Below, one piece after another: positions 1 to 9,021 of a stretch of DNA of 64,000 nt. The position numbers and the translations under genes were made by a program. A model generated the notes under the pieces. It saw nothing but the letters and a program-made list of their open reading frames with translations, made no database searches and was not told the origin of the DNA. How positions within the stretch are numbered: the stretch's first letter is position 1; every line of letters starts with the position of its first letter. The stretch spans positions 64,001 to 128,000 of IMG/VR virus record IMGVR_UViG_3300045988_173726; one strand, 5' to 3'. Origin of the DNA: a virus.

Positions 1-720
1 GACGATGATGTTCGTAAACTCCGTGATGAGAGCAAGATAAAGACAGTCCCGCAGATGTATATACTGGTTGCGGTTGTTAAGATGAGTACGAATAGCGATG
101 GTAGCGTTTCTCCTGCTACACTGGTAGACGGGATGCCCGCATATCAGCTAAAGATTTGGAAGGCTACTGTCAAGAAGGTAAAGGAACTGCGTGAGAAGCT
201 TGCGAAGTCGCGTAAGACAGAGTTTGGAGCAGAGGTTTATTTCACGCATCCGACAGTTGCCGACCCGAAGAGCGCTTACGGTCGTATGCAGTTAGTTTCT
301 GGTATGACGATGGATGTTGTGGGAAGTGACATGAGTCTATCGAACGAATACCCGAAGCTTTTCGATAAGATGCAGGCTGACGCGCTTGGAGTTATGGATA
401 CGATATTCGATACGGTTGAGAAGTCGTTTCCAGAGTTCAAGCCCGCGTATAAGGAGAATCTGGTGCTTGAGATGGACAAGCTGTTCGGTGCTTGGGACGA
501 GTATCAGAAGGAGCTTCTTGAGAATCCGCAGGCTAAGTATCTTGAGTACGCGGCTACGGGCAAGGCGGTAACGAATCCTGCGGTAGCGGTAGGTACTGCA
601 CAGTCCGCGCCTATCGGTGGCATGGCTATGATAGGCGATGTGCCGCAGATGGAGGCTATGCCGAAGCTTGTGGTAGCGGAGAGTGAGCTTGTAAGCGGAG
701 ATGGCATTGCAGAAATCTAA
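1..720 (+). CDS. hypothetical protein (5' end probably outside the window)
   Basis: The frame is open from base 1, with no stop before the first ATG at 55. Stop TAA 718-720 is followed by a strong terminator. No motif recognised. Confidence 0.55.
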   Translation, partial: DDDVRKLRDESKIKTVPQMYILVAVVKMSTNSDGSVSPATLVDGMPAYQLKIWKATVKKVKELREKLAKSRKTEFGAEVYFTHPTVADPKSAYGRMQLVSGMTMDVVGSDMSLSNEYPKLFDKMQADALGVMDTIFDTVEKSFPEFKPAYKENLVLEMDKLFGAWDEYQKELLENPQAKYLEYAATGKAVTNPAVAVGTAQSAPIGGMAMIGDVPQMEAMPKLVVAESELVSGDGIAEI

Positions 721-747
721 GTTTATCGGCTAAGGATTAAGAGACGG

Positions 748-780
748 GGCTAGGGCGGTAAGACCGTCCTAGCCTTTTTC
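748..780 (+). terminator. intrinsic terminator
   Basis: 11-bp GC-rich stem GGCTAGGGCGG/CCGTCCTAGCC (one G.U), 5-nt loop, then TTTTT. Confidence 0.75.
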
Positions 781-798
781 TTGAAGGAGGCATGGCAT

Positions 799-2118
799 AT
801 GGATAACAAAAAAGAGAGTAGACAAGTTTATTCTCCGATAAAGCGTTGGGGTATTAAGAATTTTAGAAATTTAGGGGAAGTCGGGTTTGAGTTTGACACG
901 CCGATAGTGACACTGGTCGGGGATAACGAGGCTGGAAAGACTTCTGTTGTAAAGACTTTTGCGGTACTTGGTGCGAACGGGTATGCTACGGAGCAGAAGG
1001 ACTATATACGGGATAACACGAAGGGGTTTTCGATAGAGTGTGAGTTATCGGACGGGACGACCGTAAAGCGTGTAAAGACAGCGAGTGAGAACGCCTTTGA
1101 GATTCTTAGCGCAGACGGGGAAGTTTACGCGGCAGATAAGATAGATAGGGGCTACGGAACGCCTGTAGAGCTTGAGCGGGTTATGGGGATGATGGTAGAA
1201 CCCGAGACAAAGGAACTACTGCAAATACGGACATATGAGGATAGCTTGCTGTTTGTTTTAACAAAGAGCAGTGAAAACTATAAGGTCATGTATAATGCGT
1301 TAAAGGTCGGAAACTTAACTCGGGCTATTACTATCGGGAATCAGCAAGCGAACGGGTATCGAAACGCTATAGATGAGTATAGCGTAAAGGCAGAGACGCT
1401 TGAGAGCGAGTTAGAGAGCATAAAGGACATAGATATAGCGAGTGCGGTACGGTTAAAGGGGGAGATAGAGAGGTTAAGCCGTATTGTAGCGGGGCTAACG
1501 GGTCTGATTAAGCGGCTTGACGCGGCAGATGAGAGCGAGGAGCGGCTACGAGTTTACGCGGGAGTAGCGGGAATACGAGAAGAGAGTGAGAGCGTAGGGC
1601 ACTCGTTTAAGAGTCTGGTAGAGCGTTTAGGGGCGCGGGAGCGGTTAGGTGCGCGGCTAAGTGCGGTATCTAAGATAGACAGTATCTCTATGGAGCGAGA
1701 CGTGGACGGGGTAGTAAAGCTATTAAGCCGGTTACGAGATAGAGAGCGTCTAAAGAGCGTGGCAGATGTATTTACGGGGCTAGATACGGTGCGAGAGGAA
1801 CGAGAGAGCGTTCTTACAGGGCTTTTAGTATTAAGTAAGTGTGTGTTAGACGGGGAGCGCCTAGCGGGGGCTGTAACAGCGTTTACGGGGCTTCCGAAGA
1901 GCGAGGTAGACATATCTATGCTAAGTCGGCTAAGGGGTCTAATCGGGCGTATAGAGAGCCTTACGGCAGAAGAGGAAGAGTTGCGGGCGGTAAAGGAGAA
2001 GGCGAGCGAGAGCTACGCGGCATTAAAGGCTACGGGAGCAGAGGTTATTGTTTGCCCGAACTGCGGAGCGGATATAGTTATTACAGGGAGTGGACATGAA
2101 CATTTGGAGGAGATATGA
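799..2118 (+). CDS. SMC/Rad50/SbcC-type ABC ATPase, N-terminal half (Walker A head plus coiled coil ending in CxxC)
   Basis: ATG 799 lies 8 nt after GAAGGAGG. IKNFRNLGEV...VTLVGDNEAGKTS matches the SMC/RecF/SbcC head with Walker A. A long repetitive helical region (ERL... repeats) follows, and the C-terminus reads CPNCGADI. I saw no signature motif or Walker B in this ORF. Confidence 0.7.
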   Translation: MDNKKESRQVYSPIKRWGIKNFRNLGEVGFEFDTPIVTLVGDNEAGKTSVVKTFAVLGANGYATEQKDYIRDNTKGFSIECELSDGTTVKRVKTASENAFEILSADGEVYAADKIDRGYGTPVELERVMGMMVEPETKELLQIRTYEDSLLFVLTKSSENYKVMYNALKVGNLTRAITIGNQQANGYRNAIDEYSVKAETLESELESIKDIDIASAVRLKGEIERLSRIVAGLTGLIKRLDAADESEERLRVYAGVAGIREESESVGHSFKSLVERLGARERLGARLSAVSKIDSISMERDVDGVVKLLSRLRDRERLKSVADVFTGLDTVREERESVLTGLLVLSKCVLDGERLAGAVTAFTGLPKSEVDISMLSRLRGLIGRIESLTAEEEELRAVKEKASESYAALKATGAEVIVCPNCGADIVITGSGHEHLEEI

Positions 2119-2237
2119 GTAGAGGCGAGAGAGGTAAGAGAGCGGTAAAGTCGCTTGGATTGCGGCTAATTGGGGTCATGGCAGGCTTTATTTTAGCTAT
2201 GTGGTTGCTTGACATCATGGAAGAGTTTGAGGAGTGA
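2115..2237 (+). CDS. small membrane peptide (40 aa)
   Basis: ATG overlaps the upstream stop (ATGA), with GGAGGA just upstream. Basic N-terminus followed by one hydrophobic helix (LIGVMAGFILAMWLL). Below the ORF-track size cutoff. Confidence 0.35.
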   Translation: MSRGERGKRAVKSLGLRLIGVMAGFILAMWLLDIMEEFEE

Positions 2238-2297
2238 GCGTGTCTGTTAGGGGATTGCAGAATAAGCTAGATAAGATAAAAGAAGGGAGCTGATAGA

Positions 2298-2561
2298 GTG
2301 GTTAGATTCGTGTCTTATGACGGGGAATACCCTTGTCTTTGCTTTGGTATCTTAAAGATTGAAGTTGATGGAAAACTCTGGGAGCTTGAAGATGCACTAG
2401 TCTCAAACGGAGACTGTGTAATTACAGATGATGGCGATGACTATTGCATAACTGCTCCGTGGAGTGTTGATTTACCGGTACAATTAAAGCCTTATGAAAA
2501 AGAAATTACAGATGTAGTCAATGAAAATGTTGCATGGGGATGTTGCGGTGGTTGTTTATGA
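2298..2561 (+). CDS. Cys-rich small protein, unknown function
   Basis: GTG start after GAAGGGAG. 87 aa with several Cys, including YPCLCFG and the C-terminal WGCCGGCL. No family recognised. Confidence 0.45.
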   Translation: MVRFVSYDGEYPCLCFGILKIEVDGKLWELEDALVSNGDCVITDDGDDYCITAPWSVDLPVQLKPYEKEITDVVNENVAWGCCGGCL

Positions 2562-2673
2562 GTTTGAATTGACAAGAGAATAGTCGAGTTAAGCGCTAGA
2601 AAGAGAGTATGAAGCTTTAGAGTTTACGCGCGACTGGGCAGGAATAGCTTTACGACATAGGCGAAAGAGGTGT

Positions 2674-2705
2674 AGCGGGCGGCGAGAACCGCCCGCTTTT
2701 TGTTT
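2674..2705 (+). terminator. intrinsic terminator
   Basis: Perfect 9-bp stem AGCGGGCGG/CCGCCCGCT, 6-nt loop, then TTTTTGTTT. Confidence 0.7.
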
Positions 2706-2815
2706 GCCCTCGGGCGGTATTTCTATAAAATTTCTATTTACTATTTCTATGCGGTATGATATGCTATGAGGGACGAGGTTATGCAACAAAGTGTTTGATA
2801 AGGAGACGGAGGGAA

Positions 2816-2980
2816 ATGTCAACAGAGGCGTTTACGGCGGTTTGGCTGTTTAATCTTTATATGGCATATAAGGTATACCGTAGTAAGGCATGGCGCATAA
2901 TTATGACCTTGCTTTATTTGATTGCACTTGCGGGTCGCATAACATATGAGCTAAGTGGAGAGGGAATTTTATGGAGATAG
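2816..2980 (+). CDS. small membrane protein (54 aa)
   Basis: ATG 2816 is preceded by AGGAGACGGAGGG. Two hydrophobic segments. The 3' end overlaps the next start. Confidence 0.4.
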   Translation: MSTEAFTAVWLFNLYMAYKVYRSKAWRIIMTLLYLIALAGRITYELSGEGILWR

Positions 2981-3924
2981 CGAGAATCGGGATAGACGGG
3001 GATTTGCACTTAAGTTCCAAGAATCGAGGTGCACATAACGACTATCCGCAGGAGTCACTGATGTATCTAAACTACGCGACCGACATATTTGAGAAGAACG
3101 GGTGTACGCACATCGTGAATCTCGGAGATATAGAGTACGGTCGGTTTGGGACTTTAGAGTATCGTGGCTTGGTAGAGCAGGCGTTTAAGCGTAGGAGAGA
3201 GCTTACGAAGGGGAACTTTTATATCGTCAAGGGAAATCACGACAGCGCGACCTATGGAATGACAGAGTACGAGTTCTACTTAGAGAAAGGTGCGTTTAAG
3301 GGGAGCTGTGATTTAGAGATAGGCAAGATGAAGCTGTTTATGTGTGACTTCGGGGGAGAGGATAGGGAGTTCCAGATAGATAGCGACAGGACGAATATTG
3401 TTTTAGGTCATAACTACTTTATGTTCAAGGACACGCTCATGCCGAACTTCGGAGACCCGATAGTTCTTGACGAGAGGGAGAACTTTTTTGGGGTAGACTA
3501 CATCTTTAGTGGGCATATACATCAAGAGTATGTGTTTAGCGGGATAATTGCGCGGGGTGGAATCGGTCATAAGTGTATTGTGCATCAGTTGCCCTGTTTA
3601 GCGCGTCCAGAGTATTTAGGTGATAGAACGCCAGAGAAGGGCGCGGTAATTGTGCTTCGTGTGTATGACGATAAAGAGCCAGAGGCAGTTAGATTAGAGT
3701 TTCCGTTATTACCGATAGAGCAGTCGTTTAATCTTGCGTTAAAGAATAAGCAGGATGCGGACAGTATGCGAAAGCATGTAGATGTAAGTTCGGTTGTAAA
3801 GGGTTTAGCGGAGTTTGAGCGAGAGATAGGGGACACGGAGAGTTATATCAAAGGTCTAGTTGGGGTAAAGGCAGAGTATAAGGAGAAAGCATTAGCCTTA
3901 TTAAAGGCAGGAGAGGAGGAGTGA
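2971..3924 (+). CDS. Mre11/SbcD-like calcineurin-type metallophosphoesterase
   Basis: Phosphoesterase motifs occur in canonical order: GIDGDLHL, NLGDIEYG, VKGNHD, VLGHNY, FSGHIHQ. Confidence 0.75.
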   Translation: MEIARIGIDGDLHLSSKNRGAHNDYPQESLMYLNYATDIFEKNGCTHIVNLGDIEYGRFGTLEYRGLVEQAFKRRRELTKGNFYIVKGNHDSATYGMTEYEFYLEKGAFKGSCDLEIGKMKLFMCDFGGEDREFQIDSDRTNIVLGHNYFMFKDTLMPNFGDPIVLDERENFFGVDYIFSGHIHQEYVFSGIIARGGIGHKCIVHQLPCLARPEYLGDRTPEKGAVIVLRVYDDKEPEAVRLEFPLLPIEQSFNLALKNKQDADSMRKHVDVSSVVKGLAEFEREIGDTESYIKGLVGVKAEYKEKALALLKAGEEE

Positions 3925-3928
3925 GGGT

Positions 3929-4441
3929 ATGGATAAGGTCTGTTTACTGGATAGTGGTGATAGATGTAGGGTTCTTACTAAGCCATTTATTCTGTCATTA
4001 GATGCAAGAGTATCAAAAGAGATGGTTGACGGTCTGCAAAGAGTTGATATTGCGCTGTCAAAGTACAGGGACACAGGAGCGCTGAAAGATGCCAGCGTTC
4101 CGAGATATACTGTTACTAATCTACATAAAGAGTATGACGGGAATTTGTGTCTTGACAGAATTGAGATTGAGGTATACGAGATGGATTCCGTATCTGATGC
4201 AATTATGCGTGTTTCAGAGAATGTCTGTTTTAGAGAGCGTGATACTCGAAAGGTAGATTTAGCCCTTGGAACTCCGTATACGCATAGTTTATGGGTACAT
4301 AGCAAGAAGCCACTATATGCGTTAGTTAAAGCGAAGTTATTTGTGGTTCACGGTGACGGTAATAATTTGTCAATTCCGTTAGAGCTATGTAAGGTTTGTG
4401 CAGGTGACTACGGAGAAGTTGACATTAGAAAGGGGGAGTAA
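3929..4441 (+). CDS. hypothetical protein, paralog of the next ORF
   Basis: RBS GGAGGAG. Shares the VDIAL and GTPYTHSLWV blocks with 4448..4978. Confidence 0.6.
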   Translation: MDKVCLLDSGDRCRVLTKPFILSLDARVSKEMVDGLQRVDIALSKYRDTGALKDASVPRYTVTNLHKEYDGNLCLDRIEIEVYEMDSVSDAIMRVSENVCFRERDTRKVDLALGTPYTHSLWVHSKKPLYALVKAKLFVVHGDGNNLSIPLELCKVCAGDYGEVDIRKGE

Positions 4442-4447
4442 AGTAAT

Positions 4448-4978
4448 ATGAACAGTCGGGTTTATTTCAGTGGCAGAGAGGGAGAAGAGAATCCTACTGT
4501 AGTTGGTTTATCGGTTGGCGTTCGTCCAGAAGTCGAAAAGAAGTTAAGCAAGGTAGACATTGCGTTAGTTATGCAGTCCGATGTAAGTGCGCCAGAGGAT
4601 GTAAAGGTTGCTAAATTAGCGAACTGTGGTAACATGTTTATTCCGCGAGAGATTTCTGTAGGGGTGTTTTCAGAGGATAAGCAGAGCGGGGTGTATACGC
4701 TTGTGCAGTCGGAGAGGGTAAAGTTCACTACTTCTGACAGGGTGCTGGCGTGTTTGAAAGACGGTATTCCGTATACGCATAGTTTATATGTGCCATATCG
4801 AGAGAAACTGCATGTAAGCGTGGTAGCACAGTTGATTATTGCTAGTGAATTTGACTATGACGACTTTAAGTATCACAGATTTAGGAAGGGACTGCCTGTA
4901 GAGCTTAGTTGCCTAGCGGATAGCGGAGAAGAGAGCAACTTTAACTACGAGGAGTGGAAGGATACTGACTGGGACTAA
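4448..4978 (+). CDS. hypothetical protein, paralog of the previous ORF
   Basis: RBS AGGGGGAG. Shares the KVDIAL and GIPYTHSLYV blocks with 3929..4441. Confidence 0.6.
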   Translation: MNSRVYFSGREGEENPTVVGLSVGVRPEVEKKLSKVDIALVMQSDVSAPEDVKVAKLANCGNMFIPREISVGVFSEDKQSGVYTLVQSERVKFTTSDRVLACLKDGIPYTHSLYVPYREKLHVSVVAQLIIASEFDYDDFKYHRFRKGLPVELSCLADSGEESNFNYEEWKDTDWD

Positions 4979-5408
4979 GGTAACGGGGCTTGTGGCGGAT
5001 GGTTTTTGGAGTTTTTGGATTTGACTAAGCATATCTAGGAAATCGCTAGGTTTATGTGATAGATTTTTGCAGAGACCTGTCTTACTGCAAATTAGGGTTT
5101 TGTGCGTGGACTTTGGCAAATTTCTGTACTTTCTTAACGATTTTTAGCCCATGTGAAACTGTAGGCGAGGCTTTCCTATTTTATAAACTCTTCAAAATAA
5201 GCCAAATACCATAGCCGATTTTCGGGCAAGACTTATAGCAAAATTGGCTATACCATACACGCAACTTTTTCGAGGTGGTTTTGGGTAAGTCATTATAACT
5301 TCGGGTATTACAACAGGGCAGGCTTTTAGGGGGCGAGGTGGGATTGGGCTTCGCCCTTCCCTCGGGTTTACGAGAGGGCGGCTTCGCCCTTCTTACGGTC
5401 GTTTAGGG

Positions 5409-5437
5409 TAGCCAAAGCCCTAATTTTGTGGTAAAAT
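5409..5437 (+). promoter_or_regulatory. candidate sigma-A type promoter
   Basis: TAGCCA, a 17-nt spacer, then TAAAAT with TG at -15/-14. It sits about 45 nt upstream of the ATG at 5482 and ends a 480-nt non-coding gap. Confidence 0.4.
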
Positions 5438-5481
5438 AGCAGTACAACTTTGAATCAGTGAGTTTTTCTGGAGGGAAAAAG

Positions 5482-5757
5482 ATGCAGGAAATCGACATCG
5501 AGCGAGTAAGAGAGTTTAACAGGGCGTACAAGCAGTTTAAGCAGAGGGAAGTCGAGCTTACGGCAGAGAGAGACATGAATAACAAGGAGATAGACAGGCT
5601 TTGTAAGGAGTTGTCGGAGGAGCTTGGCATCGAGATTACTCGTGAGAACGCGCGAGAGGTCTGTGAGAGGTATGTTACGGAGTTAAACGAGCGTTTAGGA
5701 GTCGGAGAAGCAATCTTTCAGCGTATTAACGCAGAGATTAGCGGTATGCAGGGCTAA
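5482..5757 (+). CDS. small charged helical protein, unknown function
   Basis: ATG 5482 follows GGAGGGAAAAAG. The track start at 5458 has no RBS. Confidence 0.5.
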   Translation: MQEIDIERVREFNRAYKQFKQREVELTAERDMNNKEIDRLCKELSEELGIEITRENAREVCERYVTELNERLGVGEAIFQRINAEISGMQG

Positions 5758-5772
5758 GAGGGGGTAATTTCG

Positions 5773-7086
5773 GTGAAGATTAACTATGCAGAGTTTAAGA
5801 AGGTGTTTGAGCAGACAGGCAAGTTTATGTCGAACTCGGAGATAGGGGTAATGTTTTCCCCGAAGGAGAACGGGTATGCGCTTGTGTATTCCGACAATAG
5901 ACAGGCGATTTACGGGGTGTTTCCCGCAGAGTTTACAGCGGAGGAGCGTGCTCTTGGTAACTTTGTAGTAGACTATCTCGGTCTAAAGACGGCGATGGAG
6001 CAGTTTTCGTCAACGGGTTCTCTTCTTGTAAAGGAGATAGAGGCTGACTTGTCTGGTTTAGCGGAGTCGAATACGATTATGCTAAAGGTAGATAAGGTTC
6101 GGCAGGAGGAAGAGGACGGGAAATTCTATGAGACAGTCGTAAGTAGCCTTAGAAAGACGGTAAAGGCGTTCTTAGCCGATAAGGTAGACAATAGGTATAA
6201 GATTGTGGCTCGGTTTGACGCAGATTCGTGCCTGTTTAACCGTGAAGAGTACGATACTTGGCAGACAAAGGAGTTGTCACAGTTACTTGGCAGTCTTGGT
6301 GCGGGAGATGACAGTAGAAATTGCTATATTTCCACAAAGAAGGGCGTAGGCTTTGTTGTAACGCAGAATTCCATGATATGTTTGTCGCTTCCAGACGGTA
6401 TAAACTTCGGTTTTGCGATGACAGGTAAGGTAGCAAAGAGCCTAGGCGGTATCTTAGGCAAGATTTTGAGTGAGACAGTGCGTTTGTCGGTCACAGGGGA
6501 GTTAGGTGCTAAGTCCTGTGCGATTACGACCGAGGATGAGAGCTTTGGTGTATGGTTTATGCTGGCGAGTCCGAGGATGCAGGACGCGGATACGCTTACA
6601 AGCTATCGGTTTAACGGGAACGAGGTTCGGGAGTATAATCGTTTTTGCTTTAAGATAGCGACAGACGGTTTAAGGGATATGGTTCGGGCGTGCCAGAGCG
6701 GAACGGTGCAGTCTCCGACTACGGTTATGATTCTTGACTTTAACAGCACGGACGGAATGTATACGACACGGCAGTTAGACAATAAGGGCAATATCGTAGC
6801 GGAACCGGAGTCCGAGAAGGCGGTTTTAAGGTTTGGCGAGAGTAAATCTGGTTCAAATACGATGTATGCGTTTTATCGTGTAACAGGAGAAGTTCCGAAG
6901 GACGAGTTAAAGCTTGGAGTTTCGCTAAAGGCGCTTACAGAGGTGCTTAGTGTTTGCACGCACGATACGGTAATTCTGGGTATCGAGGAAGTAGACGCGA
7001 CCCGTAGGTATTTAAGGGTGCAGGACGCGGATGCAGGCGACAATGTGTATGCGAACATGTATCTTCTGGCAACGCTAAAGGGGTAA
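5773..7086 (+). CDS. hypothetical protein (437 aa)
   Basis: GTG start after AGAGGGGG. Long uninterrupted ORF. No motif I can support. Confidence 0.55.
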   Translation: MKINYAEFKKVFEQTGKFMSNSEIGVMFSPKENGYALVYSDNRQAIYGVFPAEFTAEERALGNFVVDYLGLKTAMEQFSSTGSLLVKEIEADLSGLAESNTIMLKVDKVRQEEEDGKFYETVVSSLRKTVKAFLADKVDNRYKIVARFDADSCLFNREEYDTWQTKELSQLLGSLGAGDDSRNCYISTKKGVGFVVTQNSMICLSLPDGINFGFAMTGKVAKSLGGILGKILSETVRLSVTGELGAKSCAITTEDESFGVWFMLASPRMQDADTLTSYRFNGNEVREYNRFCFKIATDGLRDMVRACQSGTVQSPTTVMILDFNSTDGMYTTRQLDNKGNIVAEPESEKAVLRFGESKSGSNTMYAFYRVTGEVPKDELKLGVSLKALTEVLSVCTHDTVILGIEEVDATRRYLRVQDADAGDNVYANMYLLATLKG

Positions 7087-7094
7087 GCTAGAGG

Positions 7095-7769
7095 ATGACG
7101 GCGAGCGAGTATATAGAGAAGGTCGAGCAGTTAGAAGCTCTAAACAAAGCGAATGAGCGAAACAGAGAGCAGTTAAAGAAGTCAATCGTTAAGTATAACG
7201 AGCTTCGGGATAAGGCGGCGACCGACCTAGATGTTACGATAAATGCAATCAATATCCTAACGGTTTTGTCGAATAACGCGGTCAATCAGTCGTATAAGTT
7301 TATCGAGGAGAGCGTAAACAGCGCTCTGGCTAAGATATTCGAGAACAGCGAGCGGAAGATTATTCTAAAGGAGAGTGTATTTCGCGGGCAGTATAAGCAG
7401 TTAGAGATAGAGTTGCATGTAGAGGGCGGCAAGGTACGGAGTCTAAAGGCAGACAGCGGGCATGGGTTAATGCAGATAGTGAGTCTGCTTTGCGTATTGT
7501 CGTTAATCGTGATAACGGGGAGTCGGCGTTTACTGGTGCTTGACGAGGTGTTGAGCGGACTAAGTGCAAGTAGTAGGCGTATCATATGCGATGTGCTTGA
7601 AGCGTTTACGGATATAGGGTTTCAGTTTGTGATAAACGAGCATGGCTTAATCCCGAAAGGGAGCAGGGTTGTAAAGCTTGCGGTTTCAAACGGGGTAAGC
7701 GGTGTTTCGGAGACCTATATCGAAGAGAGCGGCGTTTATCTTGACAGTAAGGACAGTGTTGCAGAGTAA
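7095..7769 (+). CDS. SMC/Rad50/SbcC-type ABC ATPase, C-terminal half (signature, Walker B, D-loop, H-loop)
   Basis: About 100 aa of coiled coil come first. Then ADSGHGLMQ (signature-like), LLVLDEVLSGLS (Walker B plus D-loop) and VINEHG (H-loop). There is no Walker A. Confidence 0.65.
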   Translation: MTASEYIEKVEQLEALNKANERNREQLKKSIVKYNELRDKAATDLDVTINAINILTVLSNNAVNQSYKFIEESVNSALAKIFENSERKIILKESVFRGQYKQLEIELHVEGGKVRSLKADSGHGLMQIVSLLCVLSLIVITGSRRLLVLDEVLSGLSASSRRIICDVLEAFTDIGFQFVINEHGLIPKGSRVVKLAVSNGVSGVSETYIEESGVYLDSKDSVAE

Positions 7770-7802
7770 TACTTACTGAAATCTACAAGTTAATACGCAT
7801 GA

Positions 7803-7840
7803 AATAGGGTAACGGAGTATAAGCCGTTGCCCTATTTTTG
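7803..7840 (+). terminator. intrinsic terminator
   Basis: 13-bp stem AATAGGGTAACGG/CCGTTGCCCTATT (one G.U) running into TTTTTG. Confidence 0.7.
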
Positions 7841-7905
7841 TACCAAGCGGCGTTAGGCGAGCTAGTATAAAATAAGGCTAATAGGGTAGCCTAGGAGGTG
7901 GCTTT

Positions 7906-9021
7906 ATGGGAAGTATAAATCTATATAATCGCATCAGAGCGTTTATTCATGTTCCTAACTCGCTTGGCGAGCATGATTATCCGTTATATAAGCGTGCAGT
8001 AAAGAAGATGGACGGCAGTGATAACTATGTCGATACGGATGAGCATGACTGGGAGAGTGCGGCGGCACGGGATAAGGAGTGGTCGAGTCAGATAGGTGCG
8101 ACCTACAGTTCTCCGAGGAATGTAAGGCGTTTGTTTATCGGAGTGAACACTGTTGTGGTGCATTTCTGGTCGCCTATCGTAAAGAACGGGGTGCAGGGGA
8201 GTAGCCTTGTGTTAAAGCAGAGGTATCGGGATAGGATAGAGGCGAGTGAGCTAGGTGCGATAGTGCTTCACGGGGAGAGCGATAAGCATAAGGTGACAGG
8301 GGGTCGATGCGGGCTAGAGTCCTTAAAGCAGTGGTCTTTGCGGAACTTAGAGGAGTTGTATTTCGACTGGACAGCAGTGTATCGGGCAGGAAGTGCAAAG
8401 AATGATTTCTTTAACATAGCGATAGCGAATGTTTATCGGTCGAAGAAGATAGGAAACTATGCTCCGTTTAAGGAAGCGGTAGCAAAGTTGATTTCGAGGA
8501 ACGGTAATCTGGATAAGGACTATCCTAGGCTAAAGCGGGTAATGCTAATTGCGAATCTTGATAAGTATATCGAGGACGGGGCGGCGTATACGGGTAGCGG
8601 CGTAGATAGTGTAGAGAAGCTTGCGGATGACTGGGGGTATGACAGCGCGTTTGAGGGGTATATCGGGGCAGACGGCGTGAATCGTCATGGTTTATGCGAG
8701 ACTTTTGGTTTGTCGCCTAACATATACGAGTTCGACCAGCTATATTTGCTTGACAAAGTTAGAGATATTATGCGAAGTATCTCAAAGGCGAAGCAGGAAG
8801 CGAGGTCTACAGCGGGTTTATCTGAAAGCGCGGGGGAAAGCGCTATCGGAGAGTTTGAGCAGGCGGTTTTAATGCTAAAGAATTATACGGATGACAAGAC
8901 GATAGCGAAGATATTAAGCCATCTGGGGGATAACGACGCAGGGGAGCTTAGAAATGAGCTATTGACCGTCACAAAGGAAAATCAAGGCTGGTTTGAGAAT
9001 CTTTTGAGGAGTGCGAAATGA
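7906..9021 (+). CDS. hypothetical protein (371 aa)
   Basis: RBS AGGAGG 7 nt upstream. No motif recognised. Confidence 0.55.
   Translation: MGSINLYNRIRAFIHVPNSLGEHDYPLYKRAVKKMDGSDNYVDTDEHDWESAAARDKEWSSQIGATYSSPRNVRRLFIGVNTVVVHFWSPIVKNGVQGSSLVLKQRYRDRIEASELGAIVLHGESDKHKVTGGRCGLESLKQWSLRNLEELYFDWTAVYRAGSAKNDFFNIAIANVYRSKKIGNYAPFKEAVAKLISRNGNLDKDYPRLKRVMLIANLDKYIEDGAAYTGSGVDSVEKLADDWGYDSAFEGYIGADGVNRHGLCETFGLSPNIYEFDQLYLLDKVRDIMRSISKAKQEARSTAGLSESAGESAIGEFEQAVLMLKNYTDDKTIAKILSHLGDNDAGELRNELLTVTKENQGWFENLLRSAK

Noticed and set aside
1554-1913. Antisense ORFs in purine-rich coding regions (for example 1554-1913, 3901-4305, 25935-26345, 46115-46480, 46718-47143, 49865-50212, 54876-55247, all minus strand)
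   Set aside because: Each lies entirely within a longer + strand gene that has recognisable motifs or an RBS. Their Ser/Leu/Pro/Arg-rich translations are typical of reverse-frame artefacts.
2562-2673. Possible small RNA between the Cys-rich ORF and the terminator at 2674 (it begins with TTGACAAG)
   Set aside because: I found no convincing -10 element at proper spacing. A 3' UTR of the upstream operon ending at the terminator explains it equally well.
4979-5408. 430-nt non-coding gap with GC-rich hairpins (for example AGGGCG-GCTT-CGCCCT at about 5377-5392) as an RNA gene or tRNA
   Set aside because: I found no cloverleaf, no conserved RNA motif I recognise and no T-tract terminators. It may hold regulatory structure, but I cannot support a specific call.
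5773-7086. Calling the 437-aa ORF a sliding-clamp (DnaN-like) protein
   Set aside because: There is only a vague N-terminal resemblance, the length does not fit and no diagnostic motif is present. I left it as hypothetical.
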